Below, piece by piece: positions 10,519 to 20,052 of a stretch of DNA of 64,000 nt. The stretch lies in contig CAWIBO010000005.1 in the NCBI GenBank assembly GCA_963834385.1, positions 224,001 through 288,000 on the forward strand. Reading direction: 5' to 3'. The position numbers were made by a program, and so were the translations under genes. Below the pieces are notes generated by a model, which saw nothing but the letters and a program-made list of their open reading frames with translations, did not search any database and was not told where the DNA came from. How positions within the stretch are numbered: position 1 is the first letter of the stretch; each line of letters opens with the position of its first letter. The DNA comes from an uncultured Verrucomicrobiae bacterium (GTDB taxonomy: Bacteria; Verrucomicrobiota; Verrucomicrobiia; Chthoniobacterales; UBA10450).

Positions 10519-10764
10519 TCACGCAGTTTTCCCCTCGAGAAAAGCGAGGGCCTTGTCGTAGCTGGCCTTGGCCAGGTAATGCTCCAGCTTTGGATCGACC
10601 GGTTCAGGCAGTTCCTCTCGGAGTTGCTCAATCCGCTCCGAGACTTCGCGCAGGCGTTCCATGTGCCGGGCGCTGTCTTGGCGGCTCTTCTCGTCGGCAA
10701 TGATGGTCAGTCGCTCGCGCAGGGCGGCGGCGAGCCGTTCCCCGGCCTGGGCGGATTGATTCAC
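10519..10764 (-). CDS. Small helical hypothetical protein
   Basis: 81-aa ORF filling the gap, natural composition, C-terminal LEHYLAKASYDKALAFL. Confidence 0.65.
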   Translation of the reverse strand: MNQSAQAGERLAAALRERLTIIADEKSRQDSARHMERLREVSERIEQLREELPEPVDPKLEHYLAKASYDKALAFLEGKTA

Positions 10765-10809
10765 GAATCAGCTTGAAACGGGAGGGCCTTCTGCGCAAGC
10801 GTGCGCAGG

Positions 10810-11226
10810 ATGAATGAGAGCGCCAGCAAACGGATCCTGATCGTGGACGACGACGTCGGCCTGATGCGGGTCGTGCGCGAGGCCCTGACGTCGTTCCTGC
10901 GCTGCGAGGTCGACTCCTCGCCCACGCCCGAATACGGGTTCGAGCTGGCCCTGAAAAAGGAGTACGACTGCCTCATTTTTGATTTCTCCATGCCGATGAT
11001 CGACGGCGCCATGCTCTTTTTCCTGATCGGCAAGGTTTACAATCATCTGCAGCCGCCGAGGACGGTTCCGCCGCTTATTCTGGTCTCAGCCAAGGGAGAG
11101 GATGCCCGGGCCCAGGAGCTCCTGAAAGAGGCGGGCGTGCACGGCCTGATCGCCAAGCCGTTCGCGATCAATCGGCTTCTGGAAAAAGTGCAGGAATGCG
11201 TGCCGGGAATCGAGCGGAAAGAGTGA
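10810..11226 (+). CDS. Single-domain response regulator (receiver)
   Basis: RILIVDDD...LIFDFSMPMIDG...VSA...KPF. Confidence 0.9.
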   Translation: MNESASKRILIVDDDVGLMRVVREALTSFLRCEVDSSPTPEYGFELALKKEYDCLIFDFSMPMIDGAMLFFLIGKVYNHLQPPRTVPPLILVSAKGEDARAQELLKEAGVHGLIAKPFAINRLLEKVQECVPGIERKE

Positions 11227-11227
11227 C

Positions 11228-11527
11228 CTATTTCTCGAGCGGGACGTTGGCCTCTGCGTAGAGCTGGCGGCGCGCTTCCAACCAGTCGGTGTTGGCATCG
11301 CCCGGCAGGCCATGCTGATGGCGTTTCTCCGCCAGGAGATAGGCGCGCAGGCTGATTTCCTCGTGGGAAGGGGCGGTCTTCCCCTTCTTTTTTGCCGCGG
11401 CGGCGCGGGGAGCGCCGGCCTTTTTCGGCGCGGCTTTGCGTGGGCGTTTGGCGGACGCTTTGGCGCCGCCACTGGTCGAGGAAACGTTCTCCTCCTCGGA
11501 GCGGGTGGTTTTCTTTTTCTTGGGCAC
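11228..11527 (-). CDS. DUF2934-like small basic protein
   Basis: Lys/Ala-rich N-terminus, then EEISLRAYLLAEKR...PGDANTDWLEARRQL. Confidence 0.75.
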   Translation of the reverse strand: MPKKKKTTRSEEENVSSTSGGAKASAKRPRKAAPKKAGAPRAAAAKKKGKTAPSHEEISLRAYLLAEKRHQHGLPGDANTDWLEARRQLYAEANVPLEK

Positions 11528-11710
11528 GGGTAGGGGGTTTTTTTCGGGGCAAACCGATAAGGGGAGCCCCGCGGTTGCGCAAGCGAAAATCTCGCCGCGG
11601 GGCTCTGGGGCGCAAATTGGAAATCAAGGGAAGTGCGTCAGGCGCGGCAGCAGGCTGGTCTGCTTCCTGCTTTAGAGGGCACCCGCAGTCATCCAAAACC
11701 TCTTAATCCT

Positions 11711-13453
11711 ATGCCAACTCTGTTTAAAAACCTCGCCTGCTTGATGGCGACCCTGGCCTGCACTGGCGTTATCGTCCACGCGCAGGAATCTGTTTCGCCC
11801 GCCGGCGAGAATCCGCCCGCGCTCATGCCGGCGGCACCCGCCGAGGCCGCTCCGGCCGCAGCCGCCGCTGAAGTCGGCGGTCTGCCCTCCGAGCCGCTCA
11901 TCGTGCAGGCCAATACCGCCGCACCCGCCCCGGCCGCTTCAGCCGCGCCGGAGCCGGTCCTTTCGGCCGACGCCACCACCGGCGGCGCCGCGGGGGACAA
12001 CGGCGGCGTGGCCGTGCGTGAATTTCAGGGGGATGACGTCGGCCAGGTCCTGCGTCTTCTTGCCCGCCAGGCCAAGATCAACATGGTCGTCAGCGAGGCG
12101 GTCCAGGGCACCGTGACCATGCGGCTGGAGAACGTGACCGCGCTGGAAGCGATCGCCATCATCGTCAAGGCCAAGGGTCTCTTCATGGACCAGATTGAGA
12201 ACGTTTACTACATCAAGACCGCGGCTGAGCGCACGGCTGAGCCGACGGAAAGCGACAGCTACCAGTTCAGTTATTCGCGGGCCAAGGATGCCGCCGTCCT
12301 GATCGCCTCCCAATTGCAGAGCAAGGAGCCGCCGCAGGTGGATGAGCGCACCAACATGGTGTTCTTCCGGGAGACCCGCAGCAACATCGACAACATTCGC
12401 CAGCTGCTCGTCCAGATCGACAAACCGACCAAGCAGGTCATGATCGAGGCGCGCCTCGTCGAGGTAAGCGCGAACCCGCGCCAGAGCTACGGCATCAACT
12501 GGGCCGGCGTGGTGGGCGGAGCGACCAATCCGCAGACCCTGACCTACGGCGCGTCCGGCCTCACCACCGGTGGCACCGGGGGAACCGGCGGCACGGGTGG
12601 GACCAACAATAACGTGCAGACCTCCGATTTCGCGGTCGATACCAAAAGCATCTTCGGCTCCCTCGTGGGTCAGTTCGCCATCCTTTCCGTGCCGCAGCTC
12701 TCCGTCACGCTGCAGGCGCTGAATGAGGATGCCGACGCCGAATTCCTGGCGAATCCCCGCATCGTGACGGCCGACAACCAGCAGGCCAAGATCGAGGTCA
12801 TCCGCAATCAGCCGGTGCCGCAGTTGAACTTCAACGAACAGACCGCCACGGCCGTCTTTGGCGGATTCGAGGACAAGAAATACGGCAACACCCTCCTGGT
12901 CCGTCCCTCGGTGAACAAGGACAACTTCGTCACCCTGAGCGTGAAACCCGAGATCAGCAACAAGGTCGCGGATGCCACCTTCGTCTTCGCCGGCGCGACC
13001 GTGACCAGCCCGATCATCGACACCCGCACCCTCGACTCGAACGTGCTGATCCGGAGCGGCGACACCCTCGCCATCGGCGGCCTGCTGCAGGATGAAACGA
13101 CCAAGGCCCGGACCAAGGTTCCGATCGCCGGTGACATTCCTCTCATCGGCTACTTCTTCCAGAGCCGGCAGAACGCCCGGGTGAAGCGCAACCTGCTCGT
13201 CTTCGTCACACCGACCATCCTCGATCCTCACTACGGCACGGGCCTCGAGGACCAGGTGAGCGGCCTCCATCACGTCGGCGAGGAATATGCCGATCCGAAC
13301 GGCTGGAGAAACAATGCCAAGGGCGGCGTTCGCCTCGTTCCGACATCAAACCGCCAGAACGTGGCCGATTACCCGAAACCGGGTGTGCCGCCGGCGCCGG
13401 TCAAGGGTGGACGCGTGCAATTCATGAGCACGGCCAAGGACCGGAGCTTCTAA
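11711..13453 (+). CDS. Secretin (PilQ/GspD-type outer-membrane channel)
   Basis: Signal peptide; N domain (VLRLLARQAKINMVV); IDKPTKQVMIEARLVEV; LANPRIVTADNQ; GDTLAIGGLL; KVP..GDIPLIGYFF; LLVFVTPTI. Confidence 0.92.
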   Translation: MPTLFKNLACLMATLACTGVIVHAQESVSPAGENPPALMPAAPAEAAPAAAAAEVGGLPSEPLIVQANTAAPAPAASAAPEPVLSADATTGGAAGDNGGVAVREFQGDDVGQVLRLLARQAKINMVVSEAVQGTVTMRLENVTALEAIAIIVKAKGLFMDQIENVYYIKTAAERTAEPTESDSYQFSYSRAKDAAVLIASQLQSKEPPQVDERTNMVFFRETRSNIDNIRQLLVQIDKPTKQVMIEARLVEVSANPRQSYGINWAGVVGGATNPQTLTYGASGLTTGGTGGTGGTGGTNNNVQTSDFAVDTKSIFGSLVGQFAILSVPQLSVTLQALNEDADAEFLANPRIVTADNQQAKIEVIRNQPVPQLNFNEQTATAVFGGFEDKKYGNTLLVRPSVNKDNFVTLSVKPEISNKVADATFVFAGATVTSPIIDTRTLDSNVLIRSGDTLAIGGLLQDETTKARTKVPIAGDIPLIGYFFQSRQNARVKRNLLVFVTPTILDPHYGTGLEDQVSGLHHVGEEYADPNGWRNNAKGGVRLVPTSNRQNVADYPKPGVPPAPVKGGRVQFMSTAKDRSF

Positions 13454-13475
13454 CAACTTTTAAGGGTTGGGGTTG

Positions 13476-13509
13476 AGAGGGGGCGGGATCCGCAAGGGTT
13501 CCGCCCTCT
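13476..13509. terminator. GC-rich hairpin between convergent secretin and sigma genes
   Basis: AGAGGGGGCGGGATCC-GCAA-GGGTTCCGCCCTCT. Confidence 0.6.
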
Positions 13510-14099
13510 TAATTTTCCAGATAGGAGGCGAGGCGCTGGCGCAGCTCGGTGCGGGCACGGAAGAGGAGACTTTTCACCCCGGGGACCGATTGTTCCAGGA
13601 CCTCGGCAATTTCCTCATAACTGAGCTCGTCGTAGCGGCGCAGGATCAGGGCAAGGCGCTGTTGTTCGGGAAGTTGCGCAATGGCGGCCCGGACCGCGCG
13701 CTCCAGCTCGCCCTGGAGCAGGACGGCATCCGGCCCGCGGGCGGCCTCCGTGGTTCCGGGAGGCGGCTCTCCTTCGGGGTCGAGCGTGGGAAGAACGGGC
13801 GACCGTTTCCGGCGGCGCATCTCGTTAAAGACAAGGTTGCGCGTGATGGTCAGGAGCCAGGTGGTGAACCGGGCCTGCGGCCGGTAGCGGGAGGCGCTTT
13901 TCCAGACCCGGAGAAAAACCTGCTGGGCGATGTCCTCCGCCTCCGCGGCATCGCCGAGCATGCGGGCAATGGTGCCGACAACGAGAAACTGGTGGCGCTC
14001 GACCAGGGCGGCGAACGCGGCGGTCTCCCCGCGCCCGGAGCGTTCCATCAGAACAAGATCGGACGGTTCGTCCCCGCTTTCCGGTGTCGATTCAGCCAT
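13509..14099 (-). CDS. ECF (RpoE/SigW-like) sigma-70 factor
   Basis: AFAALVERHQ...AEDIAQQVFLRVW...FTTWLLTITRN...LPEQQR...LSYEEIAEVL...VKSLLFRAR. Confidence 0.93.
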   Translation of the reverse strand: MAESTPESGDEPSDLVLMERSGRGETAAFAALVERHQFLVVGTIARMLGDAAEAEDIAQQVFLRVWKSASRYRPQARFTTWLLTITRNLVFNEMRRRKRSPVLPTLDPEGEPPPGTTEAARGPDAVLLQGELERAVRAAIAQLPEQQRLALILRRYDELSYEEIAEVLEQSVPGVKSLLFRARTELRQRLASYLEN

Positions 14100-14254
14100 T
14101 GGTAAAGCGGATTGGACAGGCATCTCTTCCCCGGCATTCAACCCGGGCCGGGCCCCAAGGTTGCGCGGCCATTCGGCCGGGGGAAAAAGCGGTCATAGTT
14201 GTTGCGCGCGAGAGGGGCCGTGTGCATGATAGGCAGCTTAGAATCGCCCCCTCG

Positions 14255-15409
14255 ATGAATTTGTCGCTTATTCCGAAAGACCTGCGCCCGATCGCGGAGA
14301 AAGTCATGGCCCAAACCCGCATCTCGGAGGCGGACGCGCTCCAGCTGTATCGGTCGAGTGATCTGAATGCGCTCGGGCTGATGGCCTCGGTGGTGCGCGA
14401 ACGGAAAAATGGCAACGCGGCCACCTACATCCTGAATCGCTACATCAATTATTCGAACATCTGCATTCTTTCCTGCCAGTTTTGCGCCTTTGCCGCGCGC
14501 AAACGCGATGCGCACGCCTTCGAGCGCTCGATTGAGGATATCACGGGAGCGGTACAGGATGCGCTCGGGTCCGGCATCACCGAGGTGCACATGGTGGGGG
14601 GACTGCATCCCACCCTGCCCAAGGAATGGTATATCGATCTGCTGCACAGCCTTCGCGCCCTTGATCCCAATCTCCATCTGAAGGCGTTTACCGCGATCGA
14701 GATCCGCCACCTGGCCCAGCGCATTTTTCGCCGGCCCATTCCCGAGACCCTCGAGATCCTGCGCGCGGCCGGGCTCGGCTCGCTCACAGGTGGCGGGGCG
14801 GAAATTTTTGATGCGGCGGTGCGCGACGAGATTTGCCGGGGCAAGGAAAGCGCGGAGGAATGGCTCGAAGTTCACCGGGCCTGGCATCAGATGGGCGAGC
14901 GCAGCACCTGCACCATGCTTTATGGCCACATCGAGACTCTCGAGCAGCGCGTCGATCATCTGCGGCAGTTGCGCGAACTCCAGGATGAAACGGGCGGCTT
15001 CACCGGGTTCGTTCCCTTTGCCTTTGAACCGCAGACCACCATTTTGGCGCATGTGAAGGCCGCCACCGCCGTGGAACAGCTCCGCAACCTCGCCGTCAGC
15101 CGCATCTATTTCGATAACGTCGATCATCTCACCGCCTATTGGGTCAGCATGGGCCTGCCCCTGGCGCAGGTCGCCCTGGCCTATGGCGTGGATGATCTCC
15201 ATGGCACCATCATGGAGGAGAAAATCTTCCACATGGCGGGGGCGAAAACGCCGCAGGAACAGACCGTGGCCGCCCTGCAGCACGCCATCCGCGAGGCCGG
15301 GCGGGAACCGGTCCAGCGCGACAGTTATTATCGGCACCTGGCCGGTCCTTCCGTTCCCCGGCCGGTGCCGGCAGCCGACGAGCCGACCGGTGCGCTCGTC
15401 TGCGCCTGA
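14255..15409 (+). CDS. mqnE: Aminofutalosine synthase MqnE (radical SAM, CofH/MqnC family)
   Basis: CILSCQFCAF (CxxxCxxC), EVHMVGGLHP, GGGAEIF, TMLYGHIE, LRELQDETGGF; adjacent to mqnA. Confidence 0.85.
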   Translation: MNLSLIPKDLRPIAEKVMAQTRISEADALQLYRSSDLNALGLMASVVRERKNGNAATYILNRYINYSNICILSCQFCAFAARKRDAHAFERSIEDITGAVQDALGSGITEVHMVGGLHPTLPKEWYIDLLHSLRALDPNLHLKAFTAIEIRHLAQRIFRRPIPETLEILRAAGLGSLTGGGAEIFDAAVRDEICRGKESAEEWLEVHRAWHQMGERSTCTMLYGHIETLEQRVDHLRQLRELQDETGGFTGFVPFAFEPQTTILAHVKAATAVEQLRNLAVSRIYFDNVDHLTAYWVSMGLPLAQVALAYGVDDLHGTIMEEKIFHMAGAKTPQEQTVAALQHAIREAGREPVQRDSYYRHLAGPSVPRPVPAADEPTGALVCA

Positions 15410-15412
15410 GGC

Positions 15413-16192
15413 GTGGCTGCCCCGGAACCGCGGCTCGGTTGTGTCGGTTATCTCAACGCGCGGCCGCTGATCGAAGGCTGGGAGGGTCCGGTTGCGTTTG
15501 ACCATCCGGCGGCTCTTTGCCGGAAGCTCGCCCAGGGTGAACTCGACGTCGCGCTTGTCTCCAGTTTCGAGTTCCTGCGCAACCCGATCTATCGGGTGGT
15601 GGACAGCGTGGCCATCGCCGCCGACGGCCCGGTGGAAAGCGTCTTTGTCCTTTCCGATGATCCGCTGGAGCGCTTGCACACGATCGAACTCGATCCGGCC
15701 TCGCTGACCTCGGTCAACCTGCTCTCCTGCCTGCTCGCGGGATGCGGCCTCTCCGGCATCGAATTGAAGTCACCCGAGCGGCACCCGGAGGAGGCGCTAC
15801 CGGCCGGAACCGGGCGCCTGTTTATCGGGGACCAGGCGCTTCGGGCGCGCCGGCGCGGGGCCGCGGCACACTATTGGGACCTGGGGAAAGCCTGGCGGGA
15901 TCTGACAGGGCTGCCGTTTGTCTTTGCCCTCTGGCTGGTGCGCCCGGAGTGGAAGGAGCCGGCCGGGGTGGCCGAACGGCTGCGGGCGGTCAAGGCGGCG
16001 AACATGAAGCGTCTGCCGGAGCTGGCGCGCACGCAGGATCTTCTGGCGCCGTCTCTTTGCGAGACCTATTGGCGGGACCGGTTGCGATTTGAATTCGCGG
16101 ACCGGGAAAAGGAGGGGCTACGGGTTTTCGAGAAGCGATGCGCGGAGCTGGGGTTACTGGAAAAGAAGCAACGGGAGCTGCATCTCGTTTAG
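15413..16192 (+). CDS. mqnA: Chorismate dehydratase MqnA (futalosine pathway)
   Basis: VGYLNARPL, GPVESV, SLTSVNL, IGDQAL, DLG..W...TGLPFVFALW. Confidence 0.88.
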   Translation: MAAPEPRLGCVGYLNARPLIEGWEGPVAFDHPAALCRKLAQGELDVALVSSFEFLRNPIYRVVDSVAIAADGPVESVFVLSDDPLERLHTIELDPASLTSVNLLSCLLAGCGLSGIELKSPERHPEEALPAGTGRLFIGDQALRARRRGAAAHYWDLGKAWRDLTGLPFVFALWLVRPEWKEPAGVAERLRAVKAANMKRLPELARTQDLLAPSLCETYWRDRLRFEFADREKEGLRVFEKRCAELGLLEKKQRELHLV

Positions 16193-16279
16193 TCCGGACC
16201 GGCGGCGTGCGCATCGGCATCTCCGGGTGGCGGCGGCTTGGTTTTGTTGTCACGCCGGATGACCGGGATACGTTGCCCG

Positions 16280-17977
16280 GTGGAACAACAGTGGATCGTG
16301 GCGCCGCGACGCGAACCCGGCGGTGACGGCATCCGCTGGGAGGAAATCTGCGCCCTTCCCTGCATTATCCACCTGCTCAAGGCGCGCGGCTTGGGCTCCG
16401 CCGAGGAGGTGCGCGCCTTTCTCCATCCCCGGCTTGGAGGTTTGCGCGATCCCTTTGCCCTCGGCGGCATGACGGCGGCGGTCGATCGCATTCTTCAGGC
16501 CATCGACCGGTCGGAGTGCGTGGTCCTCTACGGCGACTACGACGTGGATGGCGTGACCTCGCTCGCCTTGCTTGGTGACGTGCTCGAAGCCTACGGCGGG
16601 ACGGTGAAGCGTTTTCTGCCCTGGCGGATGTCGGAAGGCTACGGCCTGAGCACGGAAGGACTCGAACGCTGCTGCCGCGAACAGGGGCCCGATTTGCTCA
16701 TCGCGGTCGATTGCGGCACCTCTTCGGTGGCGGAGATCGCGGCGCTGGCCGGCCGGGGCATCGACATCATCGTGGTTGACCATCATGAGCCGAAGGGGGA
16801 AACCCCGGCCTGCGTCGCCCTGGTCAACCCCCGGGTCCACGGCAACACCGAGGCGTTTCCACTGTGCAGCGTGGCCCTTTGCTTCAAGGTTTGCCACGCA
16901 CTCCTCAAGCGTCGCCCCTTGCCGGGGTTTGATTTGCGCGACCACCTGGACCTCGTTGCCCTCGGGACGGTGGCCGACATCGTGCCGCTCGAGAGCGAGA
17001 ACCGGATTTTGGTGGCGCGGGGCAGCCTGCGGATTGCGCGCTCCGGTCGTCCCGGTCTTCGGCGGCTCATGGCCGTGGCCGGCGTCAAATCCGCGGTCAC
17101 GCCAATCGATATCGGGTATCGCCTGGGACCGCGCCTGAATGCAGCGGGACGTTTGAGCACGGCGGAGCAGGCTCTTCGTCTGCTGACAACGCAAGACGAT
17201 CAGGAGGCGGCAGAGCTGGCCAGGGCGCTCGACCAGCAAAACCGGGAGCGGCAGGAGGTGGAGAAACGGATCTATCAGGAAGCCGAGGAGATGGCCATCG
17301 CGTCGTTGGATGACACCGTTCCAGCAATCGTCCTGGGCGCGGAGGGCTGGCATCCGGGCGTGCTCGGGATCGTGGCCGGCCGGTTGGTCCGAAAATTCCA
17401 TCGGCCGGCCATCGTAATTGGTTTCGACGAAACCGGCCTGGGGAAGGGGAGCGGCCGGAGCATCGAGGGGTTTTCGCTGGTCACGGCCCTGGGCGAATGC
17501 GCCGGGCTGCTGGAGAAATATGGCGGTCACGCCATGGCCGCGGGCGTCGCCTTGCGCCGGGAGCGGCTGGAGGAGTTCCGGGCCTCCTTTCTGGCCGCGG
17601 CCGGGCGTCGCTTAACTCCGGATGATCTTCGTCCCAAACTGCGGATCGACTACGAGGTCACGCTGGGCGAGATCGATCACGACTTCTTTCGCTGGCACGA
17701 GGCCCTGCAGCCTTTCGGCAGTGGGAACCCCCAGCCTCTTTTTCTCGCCCGTGGGGTGGAACCGGCGGTGCCGCCCCGGGTGGTGGGCGAACGGCACTTC
17801 TCGTTGCGGTTGCGGCAGCAGGGCCGCTCGCACCGCGCCATTTTCTTTGACGGCGCGCAGGAGCCCCTGCCGCCACCGCCGTGGGATGTCGCTTTCCGGC
17901 TCCAGAGCGATGAGTACGAAGGGCTGCTGAGGTTGCAGTTGCAAGTGCAGGCAATCCGCCGGACGACTTTCGCCTGA
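16280..17977 (+). CDS. recJ: ssDNA exonuclease RecJ
   Basis: YGDYDVDGVTS, EGYGL, VDCG, DHH, LGTVADIVPL, PRLNAAGRL, GSGRS, GGHAMAAG. Confidence 0.96.
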   Translation: MEQQWIVAPRREPGGDGIRWEEICALPCIIHLLKARGLGSAEEVRAFLHPRLGGLRDPFALGGMTAAVDRILQAIDRSECVVLYGDYDVDGVTSLALLGDVLEAYGGTVKRFLPWRMSEGYGLSTEGLERCCREQGPDLLIAVDCGTSSVAEIAALAGRGIDIIVVDHHEPKGETPACVALVNPRVHGNTEAFPLCSVALCFKVCHALLKRRPLPGFDLRDHLDLVALGTVADIVPLESENRILVARGSLRIARSGRPGLRRLMAVAGVKSAVTPIDIGYRLGPRLNAAGRLSTAEQALRLLTTQDDQEAAELARALDQQNRERQEVEKRIYQEAEEMAIASLDDTVPAIVLGAEGWHPGVLGIVAGRLVRKFHRPAIVIGFDETGLGKGSGRSIEGFSLVTALGECAGLLEKYGGHAMAAGVALRRERLEEFRASFLAAAGRRLTPDDLRPKLRIDYEVTLGEIDHDFFRWHEALQPFGSGNPQPLFLARGVEPAVPPRVVGERHFSLRLRQQGRSHRAIFFDGAQEPLPPPPWDVAFRLQSDEYEGLLRLQLQVQAIRRTTFA

Positions 17978-20052
17978 TGCTGGCTCTCTCGCATCCCCTG
18001 GGGGAACTGGATTGGATTCCGCGGCCCCGCCTGACCGCCTTGAAGCGGCTGGGTCTGCTGACCGTGGGGGATCTTCTCACCCATTACCCGCGGCGACATG
18101 AGGATCGCCGCGAGTTTCCCTCCTTCCCGCGCGACGAAAGCGACCAGCCGGTCTGCGTCTGCGGCGAGGTGGTCAACACGTCGGTGCGGCGTTTCGGCGG
18201 CTGGAAGAAGATATTCGAGGCGACCCTGCAGGAAGAGGAGGCAAACGCCCTGAGCCAGCCGCTCATCCTGCGCTGGTTCAACCTGCATTACGTGCAGAAG
18301 ATGATCGCGACCGGCCAGCGGCTGGTTGTCTTCGGGAAGCCGCGCCGCCGCGGTCAGCGGCTCTGTCTCGAGCATCCCGAGTTCGAGATCATCGAGGAGG
18401 ATGACGAAATCTCCGTCCATTTCCGCAGAATCACCCCGATTCACCCGGCCACCGAGGGACTTTCCCAGCGCGCTCTGCGCAGTCTGATCCATCGCCTGCT
18501 CGAGGAGCTCGACCCGGCAGACGTTACGGAGCTCCTGCCACCCGCGCTGCGCGTGGGCGACCGCCTCCGGGCGCTGCACGAGATTCATTTTCCCACCAAC
18601 GCGGAGAGCCTGGCCGAGGCGCGGACCCAGCTTGTCCTCACCGAATTTTTCGCTCTGCAGCTGACCATCGCGCATCGCCGCGCGGAGATGGTGCGACGCA
18701 CCGGTATCGCGCATGCGGGGGATGGCCGTCTGGTGGAGAAATTCCTCCAGGCGCTTCCATTTCAACTGACCGGGGCGCAGGCGCGTGTCCTTGAAGAAGT
18801 GAAGCGTGATCTGGCCTCGAGTTTTCCGATGAACCGGCTCCTGCAGGGGGATGTCGGCTCCGGTAAAACCGTGGTGGCCGTCGCGGCGATGCTTGCGGCC
18901 GTCGAGGCCGGCTCGCGCGCCGCGCTCATGGCCCCGACGCAGATCCTGGCCGAGCAGCATTATGGGGTGATTGGGCGCTGGCTCGAGCCGCTGGGGTTGC
19001 GGGTGGGGTTGCGCACCGGCGCGCGGCAGGAGGAGACGGGAGCCATGCCCCTTTTCGGGGGAGCGAACGCCGAGGACGGCCTGCCGCAGATCGTGATCGG
19101 CACGCATGCCCTCCTGCAGGAAGGCGTGCCGCTGGAAAGGCTCGGGCTGGTGGTGATCGATGAGCAGCACAAGTTCGGTGTGGCCCAACGCGCGCGCCTG
19201 ACCGCACGCGAACCGGCGCCGGACGTCCTTGTGATGACCGCGACCCCTATTCCCCGGACCCTGACCATGACCCTTTACGGTGACCTGGATATCTCGGTGG
19301 TGGATGAGATGCCGGCGGAACGGGGACGATTGCGCACGGCCGTGCGGAAACGGGAAAAGCTGCCGGAAGTGCTGACCTTTTTGCGACGGGAACTGGAGGC
19401 CGGCCGGCAGGCCTACGTGGTGCACGCCTTGATTGATGAGAGCCAGAAACTCAGCGCCAGGGCGGCGGCGGCGGAATATGCCACATGGTGTGAGCGCATC
19501 CAGCCTTTCCACTGCGAGCTGCTCCACGGGCGGGTCGCGCCGGCGGAGAAGGAGGCGATCATGGAGCGATTTCGGCGGGGCGAGACCCACCTGCTCATCA
19601 GCACCACGGTCATCGAGGTTGGCGTCGATGTGCCCAACGCCACGATCATGATCATCGAGGACGCCGACCGGTTTGGCCTCTCTCAGTTGCATCAATTGCG
19701 AGGACGCATTGGCCGTGGGCGACACGACTCCTACTGCATCCTGTTGAGCGATGCGGTCGAGGAGGAAGCCGTGGGAAAACTGGGCGTGCTGGAGAAAACA
19801 CGCGACGGCTTTGCCATCGCCGAGGCCGACTGGGATCTCCGCGGGCCGGGGGATCTCCTCGGCACCGCCCAGAGCGGGCTCCCCGGTTTAAAACTTGGCG
19901 ATCTGCGCAGGGACGCCGACCTTATGCGGAAGGCGCGCGCGGCGGCGGTGCTCCTGACGGAGAAAGACCCGCGGCTGGAGCGGGTGGAAAATCAACATTT
20001 CCGGCGCTTGGTTGTCGAAGAAACCGGACGCGCCTTTGCGGACGTTGGATAA
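17977..20052 (+). CDS. recG: ATP-dependent DNA helicase RecG
   Basis: RLLQGDVGSGKT, MAPTQILAEQH, IDEQHKFGV, MTATPIPRTL, QLHQLRGRIGRG. Confidence 0.97.
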   Translation: MLALSHPLGELDWIPRPRLTALKRLGLLTVGDLLTHYPRRHEDRREFPSFPRDESDQPVCVCGEVVNTSVRRFGGWKKIFEATLQEEEANALSQPLILRWFNLHYVQKMIATGQRLVVFGKPRRRGQRLCLEHPEFEIIEEDDEISVHFRRITPIHPATEGLSQRALRSLIHRLLEELDPADVTELLPPALRVGDRLRALHEIHFPTNAESLAEARTQLVLTEFFALQLTIAHRRAEMVRRTGIAHAGDGRLVEKFLQALPFQLTGAQARVLEEVKRDLASSFPMNRLLQGDVGSGKTVVAVAAMLAAVEAGSRAALMAPTQILAEQHYGVIGRWLEPLGLRVGLRTGARQEETGAMPLFGGANAEDGLPQIVIGTHALLQEGVPLERLGLVVIDEQHKFGVAQRARLTAREPAPDVLVMTATPIPRTLTMTLYGDLDISVVDEMPAERGRLRTAVRKREKLPEVLTFLRRELEAGRQAYVVHALIDESQKLSARAAAAEYATWCERIQPFHCELLHGRVAPAEKEAIMERFRRGETHLLISTTVIEVGVDVPNATIMIIEDADRFGLSQLHQLRGRIGRGRHDSYCILLSDAVEEEAVGKLGVLEKTRDGFAIAEADWDLRGPGDLLGTAQSGLPGLKLGDLRRDADLMRKARAAAVLLTEKDPRLERVENQHFRRLVVEETGRAFADVG

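Noticed and set aside
12562..12612. GGCACCGG-like repeats inside the secretin gene as a DNA repeat element
   Set aside because: They encode an in-frame Gly-Gly-Thr linker with varied synonymous codons, so the repeat is at protein level.
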